A stretch of DNA of 64,000 nt, from NCBI RefSeq assembly GCF_964355755.1, contig NC_092674.1, positions 26,536,001 through 26,600,000 of the forward strand. Direction: 5' to 3'. Below are positions 39,119 to 52,442 of this stretch, piece after piece. Below the pieces are notes generated by a model. The model was not told the origin of the DNA. It saw nothing but the letters and a program-made list of their open reading frames with translations, and did no database searches. Both the position numbers and the translations under genes were made by a program. This DNA is from Antedon mediterranea (Eukaryota; Animalia; Echinodermata). Numbering within the stretch: the first letter of the stretch is position 1; each line of letters opens with the position of its first letter.

Positions 39119-40237
39119 TAAGATAACAATGTGTGTATGTTATGGAGGAACTGGTTCGTTTTCACCTGTGTCAGGTGTGTTTGTCTTGAGGATATCCGCA
39201 TAACAGGTGAAAGTTACAATACATGTTAAAGGTGTTGTTTGAGGATGCTGTGAGTCAGCACCATTTACCTGTAAAAGTTTACCTGTGAGAATTTGCATAC
39301 AGGTGTCAATTTAGATGTCAGCTAGTCACGTACACTTAATTAAGTTAGATAAAATTTCAAAATTGGAAATTCAATTTTCTCTTTCAATAATATGGATGAT
39401 GGTAATACTAATTGGTTAGTAAATTATTTGATGTGCTTAGAGATGATTGTTGTGACATTTAAAACCACAACATAAATAGAAGGCAATAATCGAGTGTAAT
39501 TTCACTTTTTTCATGTTTCTGTTCTGTTTTACACCATTTAAAATTTTGTCCCATTTTTTAATTTTCTGATAAGATATTTTATTCAACATTGCTGAGAGTA
39601 GTATACCCCTTTCAGTTTCACATCTCCTACAGTACTGTAGCAAAACACTGTAAAAAAAAACAGACCAGGGCAGACACCAAGCAAGACACCAGTGTCGACA
39701 CCCCGGTATGTGTTTTTGGTTTAATGGCTTTTTCTTTATTCTCTTATCCTTTCATGGACTTCTGTCTTGGTTTGTCCATCATACCGGGCGTATTTTATAC
39801 ATACCAATACATACCATCTTGTATCATGATCAGATCTCGAAAAATAATCCAGAGATCATGCTAGGCTTCCTGGGTAGGATTAGTCTTTCATTAGTCCAAT
39901 GTTAGACTGGTTGGGTTGATTCTCCAGGTAGGAGTGATTGATGAATCATGGGCCACATGAGGTGATTGGCCTAAGGTTTTCACTTCTCATCTCCCTAAAG
40001 AAATAATAAATTAGCATTTTTAATGATATGTAATCAAATTATTTTAATTTTAGAATACTGATTTTAAAACAAAAAATCAGATATCGAATGGTTTGATCAT
40101 GTCACAAATTCTTGAAGTACAGAAAGTGCCATTTTAAATTTTAAAATCCTGGTAATGAAGTTATGTTAGAACCCCAGGACACCTGGACCCAGCAAAATGT
40201 CCCCTTAATAGAGGGATGTCCTAAGTAGGGTTACGCC

Positions 40238-40793
40238 TTAATAGGCATTGGGCCTAAATAGGCATTGGCCCTAAATAGGCATTGGCCCTAAATAGGCATT
40301 GGCCCTAAATAGGCATTGGCACTAAATAGGCATTGGCCCTAAATAGGCATTGGCCCTAAATAGGCGTTGGCCCTAAATAGGCGTTGGCCCTAAATAGGCG
40401 TTGGCCCTAAATAAGCGTTGGCCCTAAATAGGCATTGGCCCTAAATAGGCATTGGCACTAAATAGGCATTGGCACTAAATAGGCATTGGCCCTAAATAGG
40501 CATTGGCACTAAATAGGCATTGGCACTAAATAGGCATTGGCCCTAAATAGGCATTGGCACTAAATAGGCATTGGCACTAAATAGGCATTGGCCCTAAATA
40601 GGCATTGGCCCTAAATAGGCATTGGCCCTAAATAGGCGTTGGCCCTAAATAGGCGTTGGCCCTAAATAGGCGTTGGCCCTAAATAGGCATTGGCCCTAAA
40701 TAGGCGTTGGCCCTAAATAGGCATTGGCCCTAAATAGGCATTGGCCCTAAATAGGCATTGGCCCTAAATAGGCGTTGGCCCTAAATAGGCATT
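40238..40793. repeat. 17-bp minisatellite (TAAATAGGCRTTGGCMC), about 33 copies
   Basis: Uninterrupted head-to-tail array with only A/G and A/C variant positions and no spacers. Confidence 0.97.
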
Positions 40794-43636
40794 TACATTT
40801 AGTAGTGCATTCATAGGAGAGCTTCCTCTTAATAGGTGTATAGGTAAAACATTCTGAATACTTGATCAAAGTACTTTTTAATGTTTGTAGTAGAACATAA
40901 TTTGATCTACTGTACCACAATTGCTGACTGATTTCTAATTACTGTACCTTTATTTAGAAACATTCTTAAAATGTTTTTTATAGAGTTAATAGCAGAAACC
41001 AAAATTTAGCCAAACTTTCGGCTTTGATTTTCTTTCTTTGTGCTGTTTTTAATTTGCCATTTGATGGATAGAATTATTTCAGCTTCCTGGTATCCAGATA
41101 TGTGATTTAAAACTTGTTATTCACATAAAATATGTAAGAGTTTGGTTTTAGTGGAAAATAGTTGATTTTTTTCTAATTGATTTATCCCAAGGTGTTTAAG
41201 AAAGTTACACAGCCTTGGGGGTGGAGTTAATCATAGTGCCTAGCACGGCCTTGGTCCTCATTGGGCGAAACTTGCTGGTTGCCAGTGGTGATGATGCTGT
41301 GCTCATGCATAATTAGATCAAATCACTGAAAAGGAATCCATTTGATGAGGAGAACACATCATTTAGATTCATTCCATACAATGTGGATATACTTGCTAGG
41401 CTGATGGAAAATCTCCTAAACTGTTCAAAAACATCTGACGTTTACTAGTAAATAGATGTACCTTGTCTTCCATTTTGCTTTATGTAATTTATATGGACAT
41501 TCGACTGGTCTTACTGACTTTTGGATAATAATGTATAGTAACTATCTGTGATATATAATAAACAAACAGAATGTTTCTTTTACACGATATTCCACATAAT
41601 GTGGAGTTTGGAAAATGTGAAGCAGGTAAGATTGTTAAAACTTTTTTTATTTCATAATTTTTGTTTTTGTAAAGCTAAATCATATATGTCTTATGTTAAC
41701 TATTTTTGTGTTTTTTTGCAATATAAATTAGGTTAGCAATAAATGTTTGTTGTGTATTATTGACATTCTCTTGTCATCATCTTGTTGAACTACTGCTATC
41801 TAATAATAGCAAGTCTGATAAATATTTTATTTCTAATTATTATTTAAATATTTTTTTCTATTAAATATAAATTTATATTATAAATATAAGAATTGTTATC
41901 ATTATTTTTGTTTTTTGAAACTAAGTAACTTTAGTTATTTGGTTACTTTCTACTATAGTCCTATATAAACAAAGTTTATTTAGCCAAAGCAACTGAAAAT
42001 ATGTATAAATAATTTGATAAAGTTAAAAAAACATAATTTAAAAATAACCCAGACAGCACTCGATATGAAACCAGGGTGTAACTTGAAACACCTTAGCCTA
42101 GTCAACCCTCTAACATGTAAAACTTTAGTAAATATCTTACATTTGAGTCAGCTTTCGTTTGGTTTCCTACCATTTTTGGACTTCCTGCTACTCCTTAATT
42201 TAATTTTTTATACATTAGTAATTTGTGAATTCATCATTATGTTTTGAGAATCCGGCATAGGATACTTGATAATGGTCAAATAATGAGGCATCCTGATTTG
42301 GGATCGGTCAAAAACTAAATACTTACATGTGTTTGTCTGAAGCCATAAGCAATGTGAAAAGCTATGCATATTTCTGGATTTAAAAACCTCACAACAAATT
42401 CCATTTACAGATACCAATGAACATAAATTATTATTTAGTAATTTTACTATAATATCTATACAGATATTATGCTAAATTATTTTAAATAAATAATTGTTTA
42501 ACTTCCTAATTTTGAAAGAAGGCTTCAGTTTTGAAATAGTTGACGGTAGAATTCAGTGTAATTTTTTCAAGTTTGCTTTACCATATTTAACGTTTTACCA
42601 AATTATTAGACACTATGTATATATAATTAATACTGAACTATAGGACTTTGCTTGTTGATTTTCCTGTTTTGAAAACGTTTCAGTTTTCAAACGCATGCGT
42701 TTAAATTTAGTAAAGTGATTCCCCGAGTGATTCACACAGTGCTTGCTTTATTTATGCAGTTAATTTGCTTGAGCCCGTAGATGTCCAACACTTGTGTAAG
42801 CATGCGTCACAGCGGTAAAGCTCTGCACCTCGTGGTAGAACTACGGAGGAGGAATAATGCTCAGTGTAAATTCCTTTCATCCTTGGGGTTAGGGACTTTA
42901 CCTATGTTATGTCTAGATTGTGTGAGAGTGACAGTACTTACTTGAACGTTAATTTATATGTGACAAAACCTATATTTAGTTGATTACGTACTCCACATGG
43001 GTGTAAATAGTTGGTGATTTTTCACTTCATGTTCAATGTAGCTGATTACCAAACTCACAGAATGACAAGCCTTCATATTAGGCTAGGTATTTTTTACATT
43101 ATTCTGCTGTAAGATATCGGGCACTCGCCTATTCTACCATGGTATTGTGTTCATGCCATATGGGTGTCAAAATGGTTAGTTTAGCCTAAAAACTGCATTG
43201 ATTCTTTGGCATTAAAGTCACTCGAATTGTAGGGGTTGACGGAGGCTTATGTATAGTAATAATAATAACAACCCAAGCATACCCACATATTGTAAAAACT
43301 ACTAAACCATTACAAAGTGCTATGTTTTAAAATCATTTTTACTCCTATATTTTTATATTGACAGCATTATGATTACAATAAACTGTCAATTGAATAGCCT
43401 GCCCAATGAAGCATGGATCGTAATCGACGAGTTCGCCCATTAAGCGAATAAATAACTAGCAGAGGATTTGCCTTTTTTATGCTTCGCTAGTCAGGCCATA
43501 TGCATGTTATTCATTTTGTATCTCCAGTGTACAGTTCGTTTTTATCCCTTCATTTGCTGTTAATAAAGCGGCCTCTCGTTAACTATATTCGTTGTTAATA
43601 TCTTTATGTCTCACTTAAATGGTGTTCATATTACAG

Positions 43637-43718
43637 AATCGATGTTCCCGATTGATTTGACGTCAGTGGAACGTGATCACGATTTTTTGGATGAAGATTC
43701 AATACAGGCCCTTCTAAG
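43637..43718 (+). CDS. DLC1: DLC1/STARD13-family RhoGAP, SAM domain exon 2 (ESMFPIDLTSVERDHDFLDEDSIQALLR)
   Basis: TTACAG acceptor, GTAAGA donor, 82 nt, phase 1-2, in frame with the previous exon. Matches the FPIDIxxVKxxHDFLDxDxIEALCR motif. Confidence 0.95.
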
Positions 43719-43970
43719 GTAAGATTGTTTTAACATTTCTAATTAATGTTTTGTTTTTATTTAGTTTTAAAATACTTTCAATTTATTTTGCTTTAGGAAA
43801 CCTAGTTTCAGCTATAGATGTGTTCTTTTCTCAGAGTTAAATCAATCAATTTAACTTGTTCTATGTTCAAACATTATGTGGTAATGTTACATCGGTTGAA
43901 ACCTATATATTTGGTATATATTGGAATCGGAATTAACACAGAGGTTTAATAAGAATTGTTACCAATTACA

Positions 43971-44183
43971 CAAGTACTTCTTATTATGTCCAGTGTAACT
44001 CTGACCCAAGTCGGTCCAAGTACTTCTTACATCCAGTGTAACTCTGACCCAAGTCAGTCCAGCTTGATATGTCCAGTGTAACTCTGACCCAAGTCGGTCC
44101 AAGTACTTCTTATGTCCGGTGTAACTCTGACCTGAGTCAGTCCAGCTTGATACGTCCAGTGTATGTCTGACCCGAGTCGGTCT
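43971..44183. repeat. Tandem repeat with alternating 43/40-bp units (83-bp higher-order period)
   Basis: TCCAGTGTAACTCTGACCC-type units start at 43988, 44031, 44071, 44114 and 44154, with alternating tails (AAGTACTTCTTA / AGCTTGATA). Confidence 0.85.
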
Positions 44184-45026
44184 GTTTCTATCTACGCTTA
44201 ACTCCAGTGTGTGTATGTGAACATAGCTTTTGTGTTGTTATCTTCTTGTTTCACAAGAGCATGATACATGCGCCACATGTGATAGAAACACTGTATTACA
44301 AATTACAGTTGCTTTGATTTGGTGGTTATTTGAAGCATAGTAGAAATAAATAGATTAAATCTATTTGTTTCCTCCTCCATGCTTGAATGGGTTTGTATGT
44401 TTTACAGAGTTTGGTTAAATTTATTATTTCCTTTACCATTACCTGTTAATGGTAGATGACTGAATTATTATCGAATTCTAAAATAAATATTCAAATTCGT
44501 AGCTGGTAAACTGTAAGATATTCTGTGAAACCAAAAGCACTTAAGGCTATCTGGGGGAACTTGTCGATTTAGAATGATGTATGTACAATATATTCAACTA
44601 AATATACATCCTTATCAAGTACCCATGACCAATCTTTAGCCTCCTGCCCTGTGGTATACATCTACCGCCGCATAGTAAATCATTAAGTTGTCTTGGGGTA
44701 CTATGAATGTATGCATTTGAAATGACCCCTTTTTTGCCTTTGTGACCTGTTTGTATAAAGTTGAGAATCCGAGTGCTTGTGCTTAGCTGGTGCATGGTTG
44801 GTGTTCGCGTTTGTATAAATCATTTCCATAGGAACTGGTTTGTTTATGTTGTAATATGTTTATAACTCAGCTACTGTACATACTTCTGTACTATTGATAA
44901 TTACCATGGAGCATACTATTACTACTAAAGTGTAGAATCTTTATAGAATAGTAATTCCTCTAGTTTTGTAGTGTTGTGTCGTGTGTTCACACTGATAATT
45001 GCAGTCTGGAAGAGATCCTAAAGTAT

Positions 45027-45515
45027 AACCAATGTGGAGATCATCCTTGTTCGCACTGATAATTTGGTAAGATTGCAATTTGTAAGTTGATGATATCCTT
45101 ATGCTTCATAATTGGTGTGAATTTTGTCAAAATGGGAGAATTCTTTTATTTAAACCAATGTGGAGATAATCCATGTTCACACTGATAATTTGGTAGAGAT
45201 TGCAGTTTGTAAGTTGATGATAGCTTTGTGCTTCATATGGTGTGAATTTTGTCAAACAGGGAGAGTTCTTTTAATTTTAAACCAATGTGGAGATAATCCA
45301 TGTTCACACTGATAATTTGGTAGAGATTGCAGTTTGTAAGTTGATGATAGCCTTGTGCTTCATAATTGGTGTGAATTTTGTCAAAATGGGAGAGTTCCTA
45401 AAGTAAAACAACATGAAGATAATCTTTGTTCACTGGTAGTTTGGTACAGATTGCAGTTTGTAAGTTGATGATTTTCTTAATTAATAATTAATTGGTGTGA
45501 ATTTTGTTAAACGGG
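45027..45515. repeat. ~126-bp tandem repeat, about 4 diverged copies
   Basis: AACCAATGTGGAGAT...GATTGCAGTTTGTAAGTTGATGAT...GGTGTGAATTTTGTCAAA starts at 45027, 45153, 45280 and about 45406. Confidence 0.9.
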
Positions 45516-46266
45516 AAAGGATATAGATAATGAAGATTATAATTGTTTAAGATTTTAACTCGGACTCTACTGTTTGATTTGCAGACACCCTACCATTAAA
45601 CCTTTTTTTTTTTCAAAACATTCTTTTTTTCCTGATATGGTATTGGTGTATTACTGATTTATATATTTAAATCAATCCCCACTTCAATAATCTCCAAACA
45701 TAATTATACCAAATAGTTTTTTAATACCAAAATGATTAAAAACATTTTACACAGCTTTATTTCAATAGATATTTTGAAAAGCCTAAACAAAGTGTTCCAC
45801 AATAATTGTCTAATAATTGATATAGATTACATTCAATTTTGTGGTGAACAAAGACATCGTAAATTGTCTAAATTTTGCAATCAGTTCATCGATTTTCACG
45901 TCGTCTATTCTTTCACATGGTTGGTTCCATTTGCATTGCACTATTCATTGATTTTAACAATAAAGATACTTAGTTGCTTCCCACACATTAGATTTCCCGG
46001 CCCGGTAAAGCCCCACGTACTGTAGGCATGTGAATGAAAACAAATTTTGTCATTAACGTCATCTATATGTTATTAATCCACCCAAGCACCTCAGTCTTGT
46101 GTTTACAACTTTTAAAATAAATTTGCAAAATTTTTGTTTTTTTAACAAAATGCTTAGTGTCAAAATGTAGGATTTATTCAAGAAAGTAATATATAAGTTG
46201 ACGTAATTTCTTTTATTCTATTCATATATTTATACATTATATCAAATTTAAGCAAATTTGTTAATA

Positions 46267-47078
46267 CCGTAGTTCCCCGGGTATAATCCCACCCCCCTTG
46301 TACGTGAAATTTGCCCAAATTTGGGAGGTGGGACTAAACCCGGGGATTTCCCACTGCATGAATTGAAAATGACGATATTTCTTCTAGCTACGATCTAAAG
46401 CTATATTCCGATGTAGGCTAGGCCTAGCAATTAGACGGCCAGGCCATCTAGACCTAGGCGGCCTAATTGGTCTTACCTGTGTTATGCCTACCGTATAGAT
46501 TTTCCCCCAGATTTCTACTTAAAAAATACCCTAAAATGTGATCTTCGCCTAGCTTCCTAAATCGACATGAACTCGATTCTCCGTCTCCCGGCGGTACACC
46601 CACGCTCGAGCTCTCTGTGTAAATTGCATGCATGTGACACAAACTACTGCACAAGCCGGTCGGTATAGAGGGCGGTGTTTTTTACGGTAATCAAGCATGC
46701 AGTAGTGTAAATAACAAGAAAGAATGTACACGGCGAAAGGATGTACAGAACGTGACGATCGGGGCATGCTAGCCTTAAGGTTGTATTCAACTTAACAATG
46801 TTTGATGAGTTTTAAGTCAGCCAAATTCAGAGAAATTACTCTATTTTTTGGTGAGAATTTCTTTAAAAATATTGACGTCGGCCTAGCTAGCTACTAGGCA
46901 GGTGTACTAGGCCTAGGCCGATCTCTGGCCTAATATTAAATTATACACTGGGACTTTGCCCGGGGATATGCTTGCGTGCGAACGTAATCGTAAAGTCGGG
47001 GGTGGGATTATACCCGAGGTGGGATTATACCCGAGGTGGGATTATACCCGAGGTGGGATTATACCCGAGGAACTACGG
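46267..47078. mobile_element. Tc1/mariner (pogo-like) non-autonomous element with tandem subterminal 17-mer
   Basis: TIR CCGTAGTTCC(C/T)CGGGTATAATCCCACC with TA TSD on both sides. GGTGGGATTATACCCGA occurs four times at 47001-47068. Confidence 0.9.
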
Positions 47079-47980
47079 TAATAGTAACTCAAAATCAACA
47101 TAAAAAAATATATTCAAATATTATGACTGAAATACTATAAATTTCCATTTCTGTGTTCTTTTCTTTTTTCCCATGCCCATGCTTTTAATAGAAATGCAAT
47201 ATTTTTTTAGGGAGATTAAAAATAGGCTCATCAAGAACATACATTAGTTATTTTTAGCAGTTCACTTTTTTAACTTTCACTTTAAAAACCTTTTAGTGTT
47301 CTATGATAGTACAATAGTATGTTGATCCAAATAATTAAGAATCTGCTGATTATAAGTAAAGCTACTTAACTTTTAAAGTGTTTGTTTAAGTTATAAAATC
47401 AGACCACCTAACTCAACACAATGAATAAACTAATGGTAAATGCAGTTTGATTTTTGAATTAACTTTCTATTGTAAAAAAACCTTTCCAATTGTTTGATGT
47501 GCAACAAAAAAAACCTATGAATATTAGCCACCTAAACTAATCTTGCTTGGGATCTCGTTTGAATGATATTTTAAGGTTGCACCAATTGCGGCTTAGTTTG
47601 GTTCATTTAGGGTTGAGCTTCCTATTTAAATATAATATATAACCACAGACAGAATTTCAACAGATTATGCCAAGGTTCAATGCCATATTGTGATATAAAG
47701 AGAAAAATATTACAAGATTATATAACAATGTAAAATAGTTATTAAAAGTATGTTGATGTTTAATGATTCAACATAATGTACGTCATTGCGATTAGATGAC
47801 TTTATTACTGTTTAGTATTTTGTATAAAATAAAACCACAAAAGGGAATTTAATGATAACATCCGAGGTCATCTAGGCTGTTGAAGTTTACTAGGAAAAAA
47901 GAATAAGGATTGGCCATACAGTATTGTTAAATTATATATTTTTGTTTCACAGGAAAGTGTCCCATAAATAAAATTTCCTC

Positions 47981-48240
47981 TAAATAGGAGTGTCTCCCCT
48001 AAATAGGAGTGTCTCCCCTAAATAGGAGTGTCTCCCCTAAATAGGAGTGTCTCCCCTAAATAGGAGTGTCTCCCCTAAATAGGAGTGTCTCCCCTAAATA
48101 GGAGTATCTCCCCTAAATAAGAGTGTCTCCCCTAAATAGGAGTGTCTCCCCTAAATAGGAGTGTCTCCCCTAAATAGGAGTGTCTCCCCTAAATAGGAGT
48201 GTCTCCCCTGAATAGGAGTATCCTCTGAATAGGTGTCTCT
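47981..48240. repeat. 19-bp minisatellite (TAAATAGGAGTGTCTCCCC), 12 copies plus degenerate tail
   Basis: Near-perfect head-to-tail array, followed by a MITE-like end ...GGATGTCCCTAAAAGGAAGAGTTTTACTG at about 48303. Confidence 0.95.
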
Positions 48241-50227
48241 ACCAGTACCAGAATGGGTATGTCCACCAGAATAAGGATGTCCCTAAAAGGAAGAGTTTTA
48301 CTGTTATTTAATATTTTAAAATGATAAACAATGTTTTAATCAAGCACATTTAATATTTTTGTAATACCTGATTTATACATTTCTTCAATTGTTTGTGGAA
48401 AAGGGGGGTTTAATTGTTAGTCTAATTTAAGTTGTATGACAATATTTTGCTAATTTTAATTAATTAGATCCAAAGATTCAATCATATTTATTTTTTTTTA
48501 AATGCCAAATTTGCACTTTTTTTTTCAATTTTGGAAGCCAAAAAAGGTGGGGTTTTTTTAAAAATAAGTTTTCACCAATAATACAGAGCATTATTTAAAA
48601 AGATACTTAACAAGTTTTTACCCATAAAGCATTATTAAAAAGATACATTAACATGATGGTGGTAGTAGGAACACAATTGACTGGTAATTGTTTATTAATT
48701 TGAAACAATAGATCCATGACTAATTGCAGGCAAAGCTCTTTGATCTTTTGTTTACTTGATTCATTTAATAACAACCCAACCATAGATAAAAGAGATTGTG
48801 GTAAACTTCAAAGAAACTTGCTTAATACTTGTTTATGCCTTATGGGTTAGTCTAATTTCTACCCATTTCCCTGTGCCTGAGTTCATAGCTGCTTCTGTGG
48901 TCAGAGGAAGAACATGAACTATATATTTTCTTCTCCTAAATTTTAATTTTTGAAATCCTAATGAGGAACTTTTGTGAAATGGATCTTGTAATTTATAATA
49001 TTAGTGAAGAAGGAAACATATTGTATAACAGGTAACTGGTTGTTAAATTTGTTTTCTGCAGTCAATTTATTAGGTTTCAATCTTTCAGTCAATGTCCTAC
49101 AAGGCTACATTTTATTTTTAGAGGAAATACATAATTCATACATCTTTTTAATGTGCTTTCATTAATTTAGGTGTTACTTTGTCAAATTGCAGATGTTTGT
49201 GATATTTTTGACATAAAATTACAAAAATATATTGATATGTATTAGGAATTACCAAATTGTCTTTTATAGTGGCCGACCAAACACCCCCAACATCATTCCT
49301 TAGGTTTTACTGTCTGACCCAGATCATTGAAACTTGCCAATTAATGCTCCTGGGTGTTGTAAATACAATATTATCTGAAGATTTATGTGTGGGATAATTA
49401 CCCATGTGTACCCTGATTCCCATTGATGATGTCATAGGGGGTATTAACATAGAGGCCGTCAACCTCTCCACACCTAACTTATAGATTTTCACCAGATGTA
49501 GTCTTATTTTGGTTTTAGCTAATACTAGTAGTAGGATTAGTCATGTAATGTTATTCTAGGATTTGTGGTTTTAACAAAAAGCTAAAAACAAACTTTCTTT
49601 TAGTTGGTATTTGTACTTTGTTTTGTTTATTTTTGTGATTGACTTATTTGCTAGAGTATCCCCAGAGAATACGCTTTCAAACCTCATGACTGGTTTCTGT
49701 GTACACTTCCGATTTGGAGGGTGGTGAGTTGTTGCGCAGGAAAATCATTCGATAAATGTTTTTATTCTGCGTCACATCATCCGATTTTGAACGAAAGGTG
49801 GTACTGTACATTAGTGTTGATAAACTTACTTCAGTCAGATATTTTTATTTTGTGTATTACTTTGTTTGACAAGAACTGAACTTAGAAGGTGCTTGCAGGG
49901 AAATTATACTCAGCCCACAATTATGTTTTATTTTGTGCAGTATAGTACGTATGGACGTGTCAGGAGGTAACTGTAACAATTTATTTTGTGATTTAATTTA
50001 ACTACCATGTTTCATACAAATAATTAAAAATTAAAAGTATATAGTTGTACTGCAGTATAACAAGTTTATCAATAGGGTAATTATATTGTAATATAGGCAA
50101 GATTTTAAATTACTGGACTAGGCAGTCTCTTGAATTCCTTGGAATTCGAAATCTTCTCTTCAAAAACTTTGTGTTGTCAGTACAACGATACAAAAAGAAA
50201 TGATGACAGTATTACGTGGGAGTGGTC

Positions 50228-50242
50228 CCACTAGAGGGCGCT
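50228..50242 (+). promoter_or_regulatory. CTCF-like core motif
   Basis: CCACTAGAGGGCGCT matches the CTCF core consensus CCASYAGRKGGCRS. Motif only; binding is unproven. Confidence 0.4.
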
Positions 50243-52378
50243 ATAGCAAACTGTTCCATTTATCACGGAGGTGAGCTACCGCTAAATTCTTTTCGTAATT
50301 GTTTCGCACTTCGTGGAAAAGGGCTTATGTCTAGTTTATCCAGGTAAGCGGCACTCATAGACTACCAACACCATTTCTGGTTTGTGTAACTAGGCAGTAA
50401 AAGAATTTTTAAATAAGGTGGAGACTAATAGTACTGAGTAGGTGACTCCACCCACTATCTCCACCCGGCACAGCAATATACAGTATATGAAGGTGGTTTT
50501 TTTATTTGTAAAGCTAATTTTACTAATGTATGAATTTTATTAAATAAATAACAATACAGGATTGTTGTTGTAAATAGGCACAATCAACCTTCAAAACGGC
50601 ACAAATAAAATAAGTATTACACTTTTTAAGTTTTCTGTTGATACTAGTATACAATTTGTGGCAAATCAACCTTCAAATTGAAGTAAAATTAGTACTTTTC
50701 ACATATGAAGGAAGCTGCTTGCGTGGGACTTTATTAAAATCATTGTGCAGATTTTGTCGCGGCTTCAATCAAGTGCCCATTCATGCAGTTGTCTTGTAGT
50801 ATTTAAACAAAATTACGAGAATCCTATTAATACTGATATTGATAAGCAAGAGATTAATGGGCTCACTCTCTGCATAACATTTAAAGCATTTTAACTTCGG
50901 CTTTTAAGGATATAGAGAAAGCTTAATTTATATGCCACTGCTGTTGTGTTTGAAGCCTTATTAATTATTCTGAATAAAGTCAGGCGTATGATTTTAAAGT
51001 TTTTTGCATCTGATCTGACTGAGTCAGCGTGTTCTTTCTGTTGAGCAATGGATAAATAATACCATTGTAATCGGGTGATGTACGGTACAAGTTGTAGTTC
51101 GCAATACGGTGAGTGTTTATCAGTACATATAGATTTCTTTGCTTTTTAATAATTGTTTTAACTTGTGTCTCTTCACAAATGTTCCAATATAAAACTCAAG
51201 ATTATTATTAAGAAACAACTCCATTGAAAATGACCTATTTTACTGCAGCGCTTGTATTGTTGTCGTACCCCATAGAAATCTATTATTAGTATACTATCTG
51301 CTTTTAACCCTCTCTAACAAAAGGACAGGAAGAGTATTTTAATGGTTGCTTACATTAGATAAACAGTTTTTATTGGACGGGTTTGTTGGAGTTGACAGTA
51401 ACTATTTGTGGTAGGTAAGAAGTCAAGTTTATGAACACTATAGCTTTGTGGAATTGTATAAACTTAGGTGTATTTTATACTACAGTGATTTATACTACTA
51501 GTCACTTATCACTCTTGGTCTGATTGCTGAAAAGTTTTGAATTTTGAATAGTAATTTGGACCATTACAGAAAATTCTTGTTTTTGTGTTCAAAGAGGTCA
51601 GGTAACAGTTTTGTTTTGTATTATTTCTTTATACTGGGTAACCTCTTCAGCCAAAGACTGGTCTCCCAGAAGGCCCAGTTATGTGATGTACTATTACACT
51701 GGGGTTACCCCCTACTCATCTTGAGAGGGGGTCTTAGGGGAAGTCCTGCTGTTACAGCTCCAAAATAGTACTTTTTTTATATTCAGCATACTACTTGAAG
51801 TCATTGTGAAAGATTTACCGAGTGAATTCCTTTAACCCTGTCTCTTCATGTTTATTTCAGTTCATCAACTTTGCATGTCTTTTTGTTTGTGTTTAAATTT
51901 AAATAGTTTATCCCATTATTAAATTCCTTCATGATTTAAACACCGCAGCTGACCTGGTAATTAAAACCCTGGATACATGCTTTTATCAGATGTTAAACAT
52001 TTCTATTGTATATTTAAAACACTTTCTAAACACTTATCAAGTGTTTGTATGGCATTATAAGTGGTTCATTTTTAGCTATCTTGCCTGTTGGTATGTGTAG
52101 TAGTTATGTGAAGTCTTTGTCAAAGTCAAGGATGGGTTATATCATCTTCTTGTCTATACATGTCAGTTTCCTCACAAACAAAAGGCTTTGGTTCAAATCT
52201 TTAAATGTTGATCTCTATTATAAACAGCAATCAATCTTTATAGTATTGACTTGGCTAAGCCCACATTCAGTATGCCATGGAGGTTCCTCCATAAGTATAC
52301 ACAGTACCATAAGAAGCCCAGCTTATAAACATAGCATATTAAATAATAAACAAAACCAATTAAAATTTTGTCTTTCAG

Positions 52379-52442
52379 GCGGCTGCAAATCCTAAACAAG
52401 TGTGTTACCATGAAGATTGATAGTTCTCCGAGGCGTTTAACG
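52379..52442 (+). CDS. DLC1: DLC1/STARD13-family RhoGAP, SAM domain exon 3 (RLQILNKCVTMKIDSSPRRLT)
   Basis: TTTCAG acceptor, GTGAGT donor, 64 nt, phase 2-0. Matches RRLxxLNKCAxMKL(E/D) of DLC proteins. Confidence 0.93.

Noticed and set aside
40238-40793. CRISPR-like array (also 47981-48240)
   Set aside because: Units are head-to-tail with no unique spacers, there are no cas genes, and the context is a eukaryotic intron. These are minisatellites.
49951-51108. ATG mini-exons with donors near 49966 and 51108
   Set aside because: Both are phase 1 while the next exon (52379) needs phase 2. They could only be non-coding leaders, for which I have no evidence.
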